A stretch of 64,000 bases of DNA from Candidatus Babeliales bacterium. GTDB taxonomy: Bacteria > Babelota > Babeliae > Babelales > JACPOV01. Positions 1 through 9,721 of this stretch are shown piece after piece. The notes under the pieces are model-generated. The model did not search any database, was not told where the DNA came from, and saw nothing but the letters and a program-made list of their open reading frames with translations. Location of the stretch: positions 60,652-124,651 of the forward strand of contig JAGVLQ010000004.1 of the NCBI GenBank assembly GCA_020054235.1, read 5' to 3'. Each line of letters begins with the position of its first letter. Positions within the stretch are counted from its first letter, which is position 1. A program made the translations under genes and the position numbers.

Positions 1-139
1 ACAAGCGAGCACCGCCAAAAATAGTAACTATTGGTTCTGGCAAACTACTAACTTTCCAAACACCATAGAGAAGTTGAAATGTTGTTTTGAATAAATTTTT
101 AAATAAAACTCCATAACAAAAAAATTTTCTCCACAACAT
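1..139 (-). CDS. N-terminal fragment of a LOG/TIGR00730-like Rossmann-fold protein (partial, runs off the window)
   Basis: The reverse-strand ATG at 137-139 opens MLWRKFFCYGVLFKNLFKTTFQLLYGVWKVSSLPEPIVTIFGGARL, which continues to the window edge. The IVTIFGGAR stretch resembles the LOG-family N-terminal glycine loop. Only 46 codons are visible. Confidence 0.25.
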   Translation of the reverse strand, partial: MLWRKFFCYGVLFKNLFKTTFQLLYGVWKVSSLPEPIVTIFGGARL

Positions 140-234
140 AGACTGCTCCTTTTTTATATTTCGAGTGTGCCATAATCTGATATAGAATCACAAGAAAGTA
201 AAAATCCTATAAAAACAACGAGGAGCTTATAATG

Positions 235-1071
235 CTAAAAAAGCAATCTGAAAGAACACATTGCTCGAAAATCAACAACATTTTGGATACCAAAAGGACG
301 ATTTAAAATCGGTAACTGAAAAAGACCTCGCACAACAATATTGGTATTTGCGATAGTAACATCAGGACCCAAAAGAACAAGAGTTCCACCAGAATTGTCA
401 TCAAGAACTCCCTCAACAAATCTAAAACGCGTATGAATACCTGTCAGACGACCAACCAAAAACATTGTTTTAAAAAATCGTGGGTTTGAAAAGGTATATT
501 TAGGACCAAATCCAAAATCAAATGTATATACATTCCCAAACTTTATTTTTTTTCTTGATTTCACTTTAAAAAGTGCTGTACCTTCCGCTTCCGCATACCA
601 ATCTTGAAGATTTAAAATTATTTGAGATTCAAAAGGAATATCAAAAGATTGTGATGAAAAAATTGCTACTATCGGTTTGCTTGATGTTGGTAATTTTACA
701 CCACTAGTAACAGAAGCAAGGACCTCTTTTGTTCTAAAAAAATACCAATCAAATAAAATAAAGGTATCACCAAATGAACTTGTATTAAGGTTTGTATCTT
801 TAAGTCTTAAAATCGAAGGAATAATAACCCTCATACCTAATTTATCTAAAATACCATATGAAATTTCGAATTGAGAAATAACAAGTGAAATGCCATTCCC
901 ATTAAACCAATCAATCTGCTCTTCAATTTGTAAAAGCCCTTTTTCGGCAACAACGGCTGGCCCACGTTCCAACGCACGTCCGTCACCACTTGATGAAGAT
1001 TCCTGACCATAAGAAAAAAAAATACCTGAAATAAGGGCAAAAAATAAAATTATAGATGCTTGCATTCTCAA
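235..1071 (-). CDS. Putative outer-membrane beta-barrel protein
   Basis: 278-aa ORF with a signal peptide (MRMQASIILFFALISGIFFSYGQ) and an alternating beta-strand-like pattern. The C-terminus, SFRLLF, ends in Phe as in OM barrels. It loosely resembles the MetA-pathway/transporter OMP family. Confidence 0.55.
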   Translation of the reverse strand: MRMQASIILFFALISGIFFSYGQESSSSGDGRALERGPAVVAEKGLLQIEEQIDWFNGNGISLVISQFEISYGILDKLGMRVIIPSILRLKDTNLNTSSFGDTFILFDWYFFRTKEVLASVTSGVKLPTSSKPIVAIFSSQSFDIPFESQIILNLQDWYAEAEGTALFKVKSRKKIKFGNVYTFDFGFGPKYTFSNPRFFKTMFLVGRLTGIHTRFRFVEGVLDDNSGGTLVLLGPDVTIANTNIVVRGLFQLPILNRPFGIQNVVDFRAMCSFRLLF

Positions 1072-1205
1072 CTCCTATTAAGATTTCACTTTAGTTTAAA
1101 ATTTTTTTGAAAAAATAAAAATCTTACAACATATAATCTATTTCAAATTAATAAATAATCTGCTATGTATAAAAATACTGGTACTAAAATAAAGGAAGAA
1201 AAATA

Positions 1206-2591
1206 ATGAAAAAAATATTGTTTGTTGTTCTTATTCCAGTTACTTACAATTCTCTCAATGGAATGGCAATGAATGATCTTCCAAAAGCTCTTGCAACTTT
1301 AAACTCACAATTGAATACTCTTGCTGAAGTGTTAAAAAAACTTTCTAGCCCGCCAGCATTTCCGCCACGCCCAACGCCTCAACCAAAACCTGAGCCTGAA
1401 AAAATAAGTGTTTTCCCCCCTGACAAGGGAGAGGGTCCTAAGATTCCTATCAAAATTCAAAAAAAAGAACCTACAGTAAAAAAAGTTGAAATACCAACAA
1501 TTTCATTAACAACTTTTGCAGCTTTAGAAACTGGCTATCTACAACCTTTAGAAAAAATGCCGGAACAAAATCTTGCACAAACCCTAGAAAAAAAGGCGCA
1601 AGCTAAAGGCTTGCTTAATGCAATTTTAGCTTATACAAGGTCTTCTAAATACCAAGAACAACAAAAACAGAAAATTCAAGAAAGCGTAAAACGCATTATA
1701 AAAATTGATCCATTATTAATATCAACTGCTGCTTTAATTTTAAAACAAGTAAATAGTCCATTAAAAAATACTTACGGCTATATGGAAGAATTATACAAAA
1801 ATCAAATTAAAGTGATTGCTGAACAACTTGGAGAAATCAAAACTCGCAAAGGAACACAAAAGTTAATTCCCAAAGGTGTCCGTGATGATATTGATGAAGC
1901 AATAAGTCTACCAATAGAATTACAAGGTGAAATTCAAAATGCAAAAAATATAATTTCAATATTTGAAGGTAAAAAAAATCAAGCTGTTACTCAAAAGGAA
2001 CAGGAAGATTATACTGCTGCTAAAGAATTTATTGAGAAAATAGAAGCCCTTCGCGAACAACTTTATTATTTACTTAAAGATAATGAATCTATGTTAAGAG
2101 CATTGAAAGATTTAGGAATAGATATTGATATTGATTTCTATTTAAGTTTATTTGAAAAAAAATTAAATCGGGTTTATTGCGTTACAGAAATAAATCCTAA
2201 TCTTTATCCAGATAGGGTCTATAAACCCTTTATCGAGGACTTAAAAGAAATTTTTGAAGATATTAAAGATTATGAACTAGCACATGAAAAATATCTTCCT
2301 AGTATGAAAGTTTATAAGATACAAGATATCTTAAATAAATTAAATGGTTTTCTAGCGCATGCAACAGAGAAAAGCTACTGTCAAATTTGCTTGGCAAATG
2401 ATATTAATGCTATCTACCAAGCAAATCTGCAGCAAACTTTTGACGTCAATCAACATTTTAATAAAATAAAAAATTTTTTAGAAAACTTATATAAACAAAA
2501 CAAAAATGAAGTTTTAAAAGACATGATAGATAACAAACTTCCTCAACTTAAGAATGCTTTCTTACAAAAAGGATGCCCAATAAAAGAATAA
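1206..2591 (+). CDS. Hypothetical secreted protein with a proline-rich block
   Basis: 461-aa ORF with a purine-rich RBS-like stretch upstream and a hydrophobic N-terminus. It carries the block SSPPAFPPRPTPQPKPEPE; the remainder is helical and K/E-rich. No family recognised. Confidence 0.6.
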   Translation: MKKILFVVLIPVTYNSLNGMAMNDLPKALATLNSQLNTLAEVLKKLSSPPAFPPRPTPQPKPEPEKISVFPPDKGEGPKIPIKIQKKEPTVKKVEIPTISLTTFAALETGYLQPLEKMPEQNLAQTLEKKAQAKGLLNAILAYTRSSKYQEQQKQKIQESVKRIIKIDPLLISTAALILKQVNSPLKNTYGYMEELYKNQIKVIAEQLGEIKTRKGTQKLIPKGVRDDIDEAISLPIELQGEIQNAKNIISIFEGKKNQAVTQKEQEDYTAAKEFIEKIEALREQLYYLLKDNESMLRALKDLGIDIDIDFYLSLFEKKLNRVYCVTEINPNLYPDRVYKPFIEDLKEIFEDIKDYELAHEKYLPSMKVYKIQDILNKLNGFLAHATEKSYCQICLANDINAIYQANLQQTFDVNQHFNKIKNFLENLYKQNKNEVLKDMIDNKLPQLKNAFLQKGCPIKE

Positions 2592-2599
2592 ATATTAAA

Positions 2600-2637
2600 A
2601 AACAAAGGAAGTTAATAAAAAATTGCTTCCTTTGTTT
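2600..2637 (+). terminator. Rho-independent terminator-like hairpin after the 1206-2591 gene
   Basis: aaacaaaggaag (2600-2611) pairs perfectly with cttcctttgttt (2626-2637) and is followed by a short T-rich tail. The loop is 14 nt, which is rather long. Confidence 0.5.
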
Positions 2638-2684
2638 TTCTCAGGCTATACTACCTTAACAATAAAACAAACATGGTAGTACTT

Positions 2685-4043
2685 ATGAAACTAAAAAATA
2701 AATTTCTAGCATTTCTATTCCTTGTTATATCTATAGCAAATTATGTCTTTGCATCTGAAAATCTAGAACAAAGCCTTCAAGTAGATAACGATGCAAAAAC
2801 TGAATGGATTACTATTTTAGTCCATGGCATCATAAGCATAAAACCACATTTAAATGTTTCAAACGTTGTTAAATTTGTTCGCGACAAAATTGCAAACACC
2901 ACCTATGCGCGCAGTATCGAACAAACACGTCGCGACCCTTATTTCTATCAACATCATCCTATGCAAGATTTAGGCCTTCATAAAATTGATCTTTCAAAAA
3001 ATGAAAAAGGAGCAACCGCATCTGCATGCGCCCAGCTTTTTGAAATGATTAATGGCCATCTTAAAGCTCCTACAAAAAATAGTTATTATACATTCGGCTG
3101 GTCAGGCTTATTAAGCCCACGAATGCGCTATCTTGAAGCAAAAATATTTTATGATCAAATACTCAAAGAACTAGGCTCTATTTTGTTGGAAAATAAAAAA
3201 ATAAAATTGAGAATTATTGGCTATAGCCATGGTGGTAATATTGCACTCCGTTTGGCTGAAGTATACAAACGTGAAGGTTATGAAAAAAATAAAAAAATAA
3301 AAATTGATGAAATGATCTTAATTGGTGTACCAATATTACCTGAAACTGACTATTTGATTAACAGTTCAATTTTCAAAAAAGTATACCATCTTTATTCATA
3401 TGGCGATCGCGTACAACGATTAGATTTCTTTTCATTGGACCGTGTTTTTTCTAACCGCAAATTTCACGATCGATCAAATTTTGCTATTCCTGATAAACTG
3501 GTCCAAATAAATTTAAAAGTGAAGCGTGCCGCAATTTCTCAAAAGCATCACAAAAAATTAGAACAATCAAGTATAGATGCTTTATTGCATCGCCGTTCAA
3601 ATATCCGGAATGCTGATCCAGGCCATACAGAGTTATGGTCATTCGGGTGGTCACCATCAAGCTACCGTGAAACCTTTCCCTTTAATCCACTTCCACTTGT
3701 TGTTTTTGTTCCCTATATTATTGAACAAATAAGAAATACTATGCCAGAAGGAAAAAATTTAATGGTAGAACTTCACCCACACTATGAACATATGTTGCTC
3801 TATAATTTCGAGGGTAAAGAAGAAAGAATTTCGCCATTTTTGAAAAAAACAGAATTGGCCCTGTTACAAAATCATGCAGAAAAGTTTAGGCCTGATGATT
3901 ACACAACCAAAAAATTTGATAAAAAAATAAATAAAACAATAAAAATTGCCCGCAAAGAACGATTAGAAGAAATAAAAAAGCAACGCTCAAAGAATAAAAT
4001 GAATACTTTTAATCATCAATACGCAATATATTCCACAACGTAA
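2685..4043 (+). CDS. Secreted alpha/beta-hydrolase (lipase/esterase-like)
   Basis: Signal peptide MKLKNKFLAFLFLVISIANYVFA, an ILVHGI oxyanion-type motif and the nucleophile elbow IIGYSHGGNIA (GxSxG). Candidate Asp and His lie downstream (YGDRV, DPGHTELW). Start placed at the second ATG. Confidence 0.6.
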   Translation: MKLKNKFLAFLFLVISIANYVFASENLEQSLQVDNDAKTEWITILVHGIISIKPHLNVSNVVKFVRDKIANTTYARSIEQTRRDPYFYQHHPMQDLGLHKIDLSKNEKGATASACAQLFEMINGHLKAPTKNSYYTFGWSGLLSPRMRYLEAKIFYDQILKELGSILLENKKIKLRIIGYSHGGNIALRLAEVYKREGYEKNKKIKIDEMILIGVPILPETDYLINSSIFKKVYHLYSYGDRVQRLDFFSLDRVFSNRKFHDRSNFAIPDKLVQINLKVKRAAISQKHHKKLEQSSIDALLHRRSNIRNADPGHTELWSFGWSPSSYRETFPFNPLPLVVFVPYIIEQIRNTMPEGKNLMVELHPHYEHMLLYNFEGKEERISPFLKKTELALLQNHAEKFRPDDYTTKKFDKKINKTIKIARKERLEEIKKQRSKNKMNTFNHQYAIYSTT

Positions 4044-4794
4044 GAAAATCATTGATGGTCATTTGTTGTGCACGTAACAACAAATAGTTTTCTGGAATTT
4101 TTTTTAGGTCAAACTGCACTTGAGAAAGATTATTTTTTAACGTGCGTCTTGGTTGATGAAAACATACTTTGATAAATTTCCAAAACTGTTGTTCATCAGG
4201 TATTTCTGCAACATGTTTCTTAGGCTTAAAATACAACAAGCGAGAAAAAACTTTAGGTGGTGGTTCAAAAGAACCTGGTGGAATTTTGTTCATTTTTTTC
4301 CACTCAAAGTAGTATTGAAAAAATAATGAGGGATACCCATAACCTCTTCCTGATGTTTTCAAAATTTTTTCCGCAACTTCCTCTTGCATCATAACAACAC
4401 CTTCAGCAAACAAATCTCTGTTTTTTTGTATCAAATGCAAAATAGGAAAGGTAATTTGATAAGGAAGATTTGAAAGCAAAACCCAAGGCTTATGAGGCTG
4501 CAAAACGGATGAATCAATATCCAAAATATTTTCATGAAAAATTGTTAACCGATGATCATCAATTGTTTCTTTGATATAATTAACCCAATCAGGATCAATT
4601 TCATAAATCCAAAGACGTGCTATTGGCGTTTGCAAAATAGAACGCGTCAAAAAGCCATCGCCGCAACCGATTTCCATGACACTTGAAGAGGCATCAAGTT
4701 GCACAGCGCTGATCATATGATCAACCACTGATTGATCGCGCAAAAAATGTTGTCCAAATTTCTTTTTGACCGGGATGCCTTGAATTAATTTCAT
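4009..4794 (-). CDS. rsmA: 16S rRNA (adenine1518/1519-N6)-dimethyltransferase
   Basis: Carries KKKFGQHFLRDQSVVDHMI, the SAM motif MEIGCGDGFLT and NLPYQIT. At 261 aa this is a canonical KsgA/RsmA. Confidence 0.9.
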   Translation of the reverse strand: MKLIQGIPVKKKFGQHFLRDQSVVDHMISAVQLDASSSVMEIGCGDGFLTRSILQTPIARLWIYEIDPDWVNYIKETIDDHRLTIFHENILDIDSSVLQPHKPWVLLSNLPYQITFPILHLIQKNRDLFAEGVVMMQEEVAEKILKTSGRGYGYPSLFFQYYFEWKKMNKIPPGSFEPPPKVFSRLLYFKPKKHVAEIPDEQQFWKFIKVCFHQPRRTLKNNLSQVQFDLKKIPENYLLLRAQQMTINDFLTLWNILRIDD

Positions 4795-4797
4795 TAT

Positions 4798-5847
4798 CTA
4801 TTTCATTAATGCTTCTTTAAAGAAATCAAGCTCTTCAAGCACTTTTCCTGCGCCTTTCACCACAGCAAGCAAAGGATCTTCAGCCATAATGACAGGCAAT
4901 CCTGTTTCTTTAGAAATTAATTTATCAAGACCACGCAAGAGTGACCCGCCACCTGCCATAACAATACCACGATCAACTAAATCAGATGATAATTCTGGTG
5001 GTGTATTTTCTAAAGCAACGCGCACAACATCAACAATGGTCGCTATAGTTTCCAGCAACGATTCATGAACTTCTAAACTTGTTAAGGTAATTGTTTTTGG
5101 AACACCAGTTACAAGATCACGCCCTTTAACATGCATACTACTAGCATCAGCTTCTGGCATAACCGTACCAATTTGTATTTTAATTATTTCTGCCGTACGC
5201 TCACCAATTAATAAATTATATTTTCTTTTTACATATTGAACAATTGCTCGATCCATTTCATCGCCACCAACACGAACTGAGCGACAAAAGACTACATCTT
5301 TTAAGGTAATTACGGCAACTTCGGTAGTACCACCGCCAATATCAACAATCATGCTTCCGCAGGGTTCATGAACCGGAAGGCCTGCACCAATCGCTGCAGC
5401 CATTGGTTCCATAATAGTGTAAACTTCACGAGCACCTGCTTGTTTTGCAGAATCTTCTACTGCACGGCGTTCTACTTGTGTAATACCAGACGGCACACCG
5501 ATAATCATACGCGGACTGACCAGCATACTACGATTATCATGCACACGCCGAATAAAATAGCGCAACATGCTTTCAGCAAGTTCAAAATTTGCAATAACAC
5601 CATCGCGCAGTGGCCTGCAAGCAATAATACTTTCTGGCGTTTTTCCAAGCATCTCTTTTGCAGCTTTACCTGCGGCCAATACTTGATTAGTACCTGCTTT
5701 AACAGCAACAACTGAAGGCTCATCAAGAACAATACCACGATTACGAGAATATACCAGAGTATTTGCTGTACCTAAATCAATAGCAACATCATTAGAAAAA
5801 TAACTGAAAATTTTTTTGGCAGGAAAAAAATTAAACTTCATAAACAT
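4798..5847 (-). CDS. mreB: Rod-shape-determining actin homolog MreB
   Basis: Carries IDLGTANTLVY, VDIGGGTTEVAV and VMAGGGSLLRGLDKLI. 349 aa. Confidence 0.92.
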   Translation of the reverse strand: MFMKFNFFPAKKIFSYFSNDVAIDLGTANTLVYSRNRGIVLDEPSVVAVKAGTNQVLAAGKAAKEMLGKTPESIIACRPLRDGVIANFELAESMLRYFIRRVHDNRSMLVSPRMIIGVPSGITQVERRAVEDSAKQAGAREVYTIMEPMAAAIGAGLPVHEPCGSMIVDIGGGTTEVAVITLKDVVFCRSVRVGGDEMDRAIVQYVKRKYNLLIGERTAEIIKIQIGTVMPEADASSMHVKGRDLVTGVPKTITLTSLEVHESLLETIATIVDVVRVALENTPPELSSDLVDRGIVMAGGGSLLRGLDKLISKETGLPVIMAEDPLLAVVKGAGKVLEELDFFKEALMK

Positions 5848-5862
5848 CTCCGTTTATGGTTC

Positions 5863-7107
5863 TTAATAGCTATAAATAATCCCAAGTGAAATCCGATTTG
5901 TTTTACTAACCCTTTCTGTTCCAAAAAACTGTATAGGAATATCCCACATCAATGAAACGATAGGTGCAAATGTCTTGTCAACTCTCACTCTAGCAAAATC
6001 ATAAAAAAGGTTAAGTGTTAGATATTCTGAACTCCAATCGGTAACACTATTAAGCGGCGCAAGCTCAGTAGGTGGAATTTGCAAGCCTGGACGTGCATCA
6101 GTAACCAAATCATCAAAATGATTTACATATGTATAATTTGCCTGAATGCCAAGCCCATCACGAATATCTTCAACACGAATATATGGCGCAGCAACAATAT
6201 TAATACCAGGATCAATATTTGCTGGAGCAAGAAGCGCACCGAATAACGGTTGTTCTCCAGCTAATGTTAAACGATCAAGTTTTTTCTTGGCAAAACGCTT
6301 GCTAAAACGCCCATAGAAACCAACTTTCCAATCTTCCTTCAATTCAAACTCAAGATCAAGAGCTCCGTAAACGCCCCAATGACCATTGCCACCAAACGGA
6401 ACAGAAGCAGGATTGTTCACTTGCCGCGTCAAACCAGTTGGAATCATAGTCCCGATACGCAAACCTGCGTCAATGCGCCTAAATTTATAGGTATATTCCC
6501 AAAGTCCACCAAAACGAAAATAAAGATCGATATCAGAAAAACCACCGCGGCTAAATTTTGGTGCTTCAAGACCGATTGATTGCTGCATTTCTCGCCGAAG
6601 CTGATCAAGCGCCAACATCTGTTCAGGCGTTATACTCAATATCTGTGGCTCAGCTAACTCAAAATTAATGCGCGAAAAAACATGCATGGCAAAAAAATTA
6701 AACCCAAAAGAAAAATGATCAGTAACTTGTTGATTATATTCTAAAGCAAATCCTTGCGCCTCTAACTTGCTTTTCATGTTCCATAAAATATTGAAGCCGA
6801 TCAACTGAGGAAATTCTGCTTGCAAGGGATTTGGTCTACCAAGTTCGACGATAGCATTTGCTAATTTATTTTGATCATATTTACCAAAAATTTCTGGAAT
6901 ACCACTACTCTCATCATTATTCAGTGCTGCATCATTGGCAGTCATTAAAAAAAGATCAGGAATTATATTTGAAGGTTTCAAATACGTGCGTGAATAGGTA
7001 CGCGCATAGAGAGGAAAAAATTGATTATCATAAACCATTGCCCAAACACTGAAGCTTACCGTTGCACTAAAAAATAAAAGTGCAATAAATCGATTGAAAC
7101 CTGACAT
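5863..7107 (-). CDS. Putative outer-membrane beta-barrel protein
   Basis: 414-aa ORF with signal peptide ...FSVWA and aromatic-rich amphipathic strand patterns. The C-terminus is LGIIYSY. No specific family recognised. Confidence 0.5.
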   Translation of the reverse strand: MSGFNRFIALLFFSATVSFSVWAMVYDNQFFPLYARTYSRTYLKPSNIIPDLFLMTANDAALNNDESSGIPEIFGKYDQNKLANAIVELGRPNPLQAEFPQLIGFNILWNMKSKLEAQGFALEYNQQVTDHFSFGFNFFAMHVFSRINFELAEPQILSITPEQMLALDQLRREMQQSIGLEAPKFSRGGFSDIDLYFRFGGLWEYTYKFRRIDAGLRIGTMIPTGLTRQVNNPASVPFGGNGHWGVYGALDLEFELKEDWKVGFYGRFSKRFAKKKLDRLTLAGEQPLFGALLAPANIDPGINIVAAPYIRVEDIRDGLGIQANYTYVNHFDDLVTDARPGLQIPPTELAPLNSVTDWSSEYLTLNLFYDFARVRVDKTFAPIVSLMWDIPIQFFGTERVSKTNRISLGIIYSY

Positions 7108-7315
7108 AAAAAAATTCCTAATTCGTTTGCATAAGGTCTTTTGATTCCAAGAATGTTTATTAATAATACTCGATTTCTGTATTTTTTAAAGGATTTTTCC
7201 AAATATTGTCCTTATTAAAATTCTTCAAAAAAACCAATTAATAGTATTAAAAGTAGTTTTTTATCTCCTAATTTTGTAGACTGCAGAAAAATATTTTTTT
7301 TACCAGAGGATTTTT

Positions 7316-7936
7316 ATGAAAAAAATATTTATTCTCTTTTTTATTTTTGGATCATTAAGCTCAAAAGCTATGGAGAGAAAACCTATTGTAGGTTATCTTG
7401 CTCTTAATATGAAAAAACGACCGGAAATTGCTGGATACCCTGAAAATTCTTGTTTGGCACAATACTCGCCCAAACATAAAATTCAAAATTCACTTAACCT
7501 AAAGGTATCTGCCGAAGAACTCCTTTTTCCTATAATAGCATGGCCAGAAAAAGAGCAATCATATAAAAATCCCCCGGCTCGTGAAATACTGCAAAGCTAT
7601 CCCGAACATTTAGATTTTGAAACACTAAAAAATTTAAAGGATGGAGAAAAAATACAACTTGTTTTTTCTGAATATACGTTTATTTTAACCGCTCGACAAA
7701 CAAAAGACCAAGAAGACCCTAACAAAATTCTTTTTGAGGAAGCACTGCGACAGCAAATAAAAAAAGCATTAGAAGGCTCTTTTGATTATTGCACTGAAAA
7801 AAAAGAACTAACCATGTTAATTGATGCAAAAATTTTAGAACAACAAAAAAAAAAACACACCGCTGGTTTTGAATATCATCCCCTAACAGCAAAAGTTAGA
7901 AAAAAATATGAAGAATTTCTTAACAATAAACAATAA
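7316..7936 (+). CDS. Secreted protein, member 1 of a six-paralog tandem family (novel domain)
   Basis: Signal peptide, then the family motifs VGYLALN, PEIAGYPE, YPEHLDFETLKNLKDGEKIQLV, TFILTARQ, LFEEALRQQIKKALEG and YHPLTAKVRKKYEEFL. Confidence 0.7.
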   Translation: MKKIFILFFIFGSLSSKAMERKPIVGYLALNMKKRPEIAGYPENSCLAQYSPKHKIQNSLNLKVSAEELLFPIIAWPEKEQSYKNPPAREILQSYPEHLDFETLKNLKDGEKIQLVFSEYTFILTARQTKDQEDPNKILFEEALRQQIKKALEGSFDYCTEKKELTMLIDAKILEQQKKKHTAGFEYHPLTAKVRKKYEEFLNNKQ

Positions 7937-8597
7937 AATCAAAAAAATAATAATTATTCTAGGTATCTTTTTGAGTATAATTAACCTCAAAGCTGGCGGT
8001 TCTTTTTCAAAAAATAGCTCGATTAATAAAGAAAAAAAAACACACTTTGAAGGTTTAATTACCCTTGACACTCAAACATGGCCTAGGCTGGTCGGTCTTC
8101 AAAAGCCATCCCAATCAACTTTTCTTGAACCAACAACCCTCTTACCTTTAAACAATAAAAAAGAGCTAACGCCCGATTCACTTCTCTTACCAATTAAAGC
8201 ATGGACACCAGAAATTGAATCGGAACTTCAAGACCTTTTTTTTCATACAAATCAACTCGAAGGAAAAATAATACCACAATACTTTGATCTTGAAACTCTG
8301 ATATATCTAATGAAAAAAAAGACTTTATCTTTTACTCTTGGAGAAAGAACCTTCACCTTAACAATTCCGCAACAACCCGAATCGGAAATATCATTTAAAA
8401 AAACATTAGATGATCAACTTAAAAAAGCATTAACTGGTTATTTAAGTTATATAACTGCTGAAAAAGAAACGCTTATTGAAAAAGGAATTTTAGAAAATGA
8501 ATCATCTGAAAATGCAGATTTTTCATACCATCCTTTAACCAAAAAATATCGTTTGCTTTTAGAAACTTTTTTAGAAGAAATAAAAAAAAATGAATAA
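7908..8597 (+). CDS. Secreted protein, member 2 of the six-paralog family
   Basis: Hydrophobic N-terminus, then SLLLPIKAWTPE, YFDLETLIYL, TFTLTIPQQ, SFKKTLDDQLKKALTG, LIEKGILE and YHPLTKKYRLLLETFLEE. The ATG overlaps member 1 by 29 nt, so the start is uncertain. Confidence 0.6.
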   Translation: MKNFLTINNKIKKIIIILGIFLSIINLKAGGSFSKNSSINKEKKTHFEGLITLDTQTWPRLVGLQKPSQSTFLEPTTLLPLNNKKELTPDSLLLPIKAWTPEIESELQDLFFHTNQLEGKIIPQYFDLETLIYLMKKKTLSFTLGERTFTLTIPQQPESEISFKKTLDDQLKKALTGYLSYITAEKETLIEKGILENESSENADFSYHPLTKKYRLLLETFLEEIKKNE

Positions 8598-8639
8598 CAT
8601 AAGAAGTTCCTCTGCTGAAAAGAGAAGGAATAAGTATAC

Positions 8640-9713
8640 ATGCTTACAATTCTGCTTTTTTTGATGATATCTTCTTTTGTTAATTCTTTTGCCATGGAAC
8701 AACGCAATTTATTACACTTTAATGATTTGATTGCATATTACCAAAAACATCCAACTCACCATGAACTAAAGGATGCATTTGATCTCTATAATAACGAATC
8801 AACAAAATTTGAGGGTCTACAAAAAATTCAAGCTCTCGCCACAGCAGAAAATCCACATCCACTAGCACAATATGTTATGGGAACCATACGATTAAAAGAA
8901 AATAAAACATTAAGTGCAATTGCCTATTTTTCAAAATGTAACCATCCTTTAGCCAAAATGGCATTGTTTCAACGCTATCAAGACCTAAATCAAAAAGATA
9001 AAGCCTTTCAAATTTTGCAAGAAAACTGTGTTTGTGAAATTCCTTATATTGTTAATTATACTCAAACTCTAAAATTCTATTTTCATCAACCAGCTCTTGA
9101 TGCCTTATATAATTTAGCACAAGAAGGGAACTTAGCTGCAAGAACTAAACTCCAAGAATTACAGGAAAAAAAAAGAGAGCAGATTGTTTTTAGCGGCGAT
9201 CTTTTCTTGATTCCAGATACCACAGCAAAGCTCTTAAATGAGCACCCTTACTTCAAAAATTTAAACCCAGACGATTTGTTTTTTAAGGTTGCTATAAAAA
9301 ATATCAGCTCTTCAGACCCAAAGGAATTTTATAAGCCTGACTTTTTTCAAACTCCTGAGTATATACCATTTTCTCTGCTCAAAAACCTTGAAGAAAATGA
9401 TCAATTTTGCTTAAAATTTGCAGGCATCAAATGGGTTCTTACTGCAAGTCAAAAAAAATCAGGGTATATCGGCAACAGAGATTTTGGGCAAGTAAAAAAA
9501 CTTCTTATTGAAAAAGTATTTAACTTTGGACCAGATTATAAAAAAGAAGATGAAGAATTTCTAATGAAAAATACTGTAATAGAAAAAGGACACGTGAAAC
9601 ACCCTTTTTTTTATCCTATTCAGGACACTCTTATTAAAGGTTTTGTTTTAACAAAAAAAGTCGAAGAAAAATATAGACTATATTTAGAATCAAAAGATGA
9701 CAATCGACAATAG
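8640..9713 (+). CDS. Secreted Sel1/TPR-like repeat protein fused to the six-paralog family domain (member 3)
   Basis: Signal peptide. The N-terminal half has Sel1-like helical repeats (HPLAQYVMGTIRL...AIAYFSKCNHPLAKMALFQRY). The C-terminal half carries the family motifs DDLFFKVAIKN, YIPFSLLKNLEENDQFCLKF, KWVLTASQ and LTKKVEEKYRLYLE. Confidence 0.6.
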   Translation: MLTILLFLMISSFVNSFAMEQRNLLHFNDLIAYYQKHPTHHELKDAFDLYNNESTKFEGLQKIQALATAENPHPLAQYVMGTIRLKENKTLSAIAYFSKCNHPLAKMALFQRYQDLNQKDKAFQILQENCVCEIPYIVNYTQTLKFYFHQPALDALYNLAQEGNLAARTKLQELQEKKREQIVFSGDLFLIPDTTAKLLNEHPYFKNLNPDDLFFKVAIKNISSSDPKEFYKPDFFQTPEYIPFSLLKNLEENDQFCLKFAGIKWVLTASQKKSGYIGNRDFGQVKKLLIEKVFNFGPDYKKEDEEFLMKNTVIEKGHVKHPFFYPIQDTLIKGFVLTKKVEEKYRLYLESKDDNRQ

Positions 9714-9721
9714 GAGTATTA

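Noticed and set aside
1270-1340. Similarity between the N-terminal helix of the 1206 protein (KALATLNSQLNTLAEVLKKLSS) and the C-terminal helix of the USP (IALASLSTSLNNLTNALTTLQKSL, about 47890-47965).
   Set aside because: It is only about 20 residues of leucine-heptad, low-complexity helix. About 9 identities are mostly the heptad Leu/Ala positions, too short to distinguish homology from convergence without statistics.
4009-4043. 35-nt convergent 3' overlap between the lipase-like gene and rsmA.
   Set aside because: Both stops are unambiguous, and such tail-to-tail overlaps are common in compact genomes. Noted only as a sign of compaction.
5368-5715. Many 60-125-aa ORFs in the six-frame track lie inside or antisense to long, well-supported genes. 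Examples: 677-874, 5368-5715, 6379-6579, 21830-22635, 24401-24643, 29165-29653, 31462-31923, 48249-48502, 49034-49414, 50119-50648 and 52246-52888.
   Set aside because: They overlap genes with clear family motifs. They have no RBS or signal features and show odd composition (Cys/His/Arg-rich shadows of the opposite strand). I treat them as non-coding shadow ORFs.
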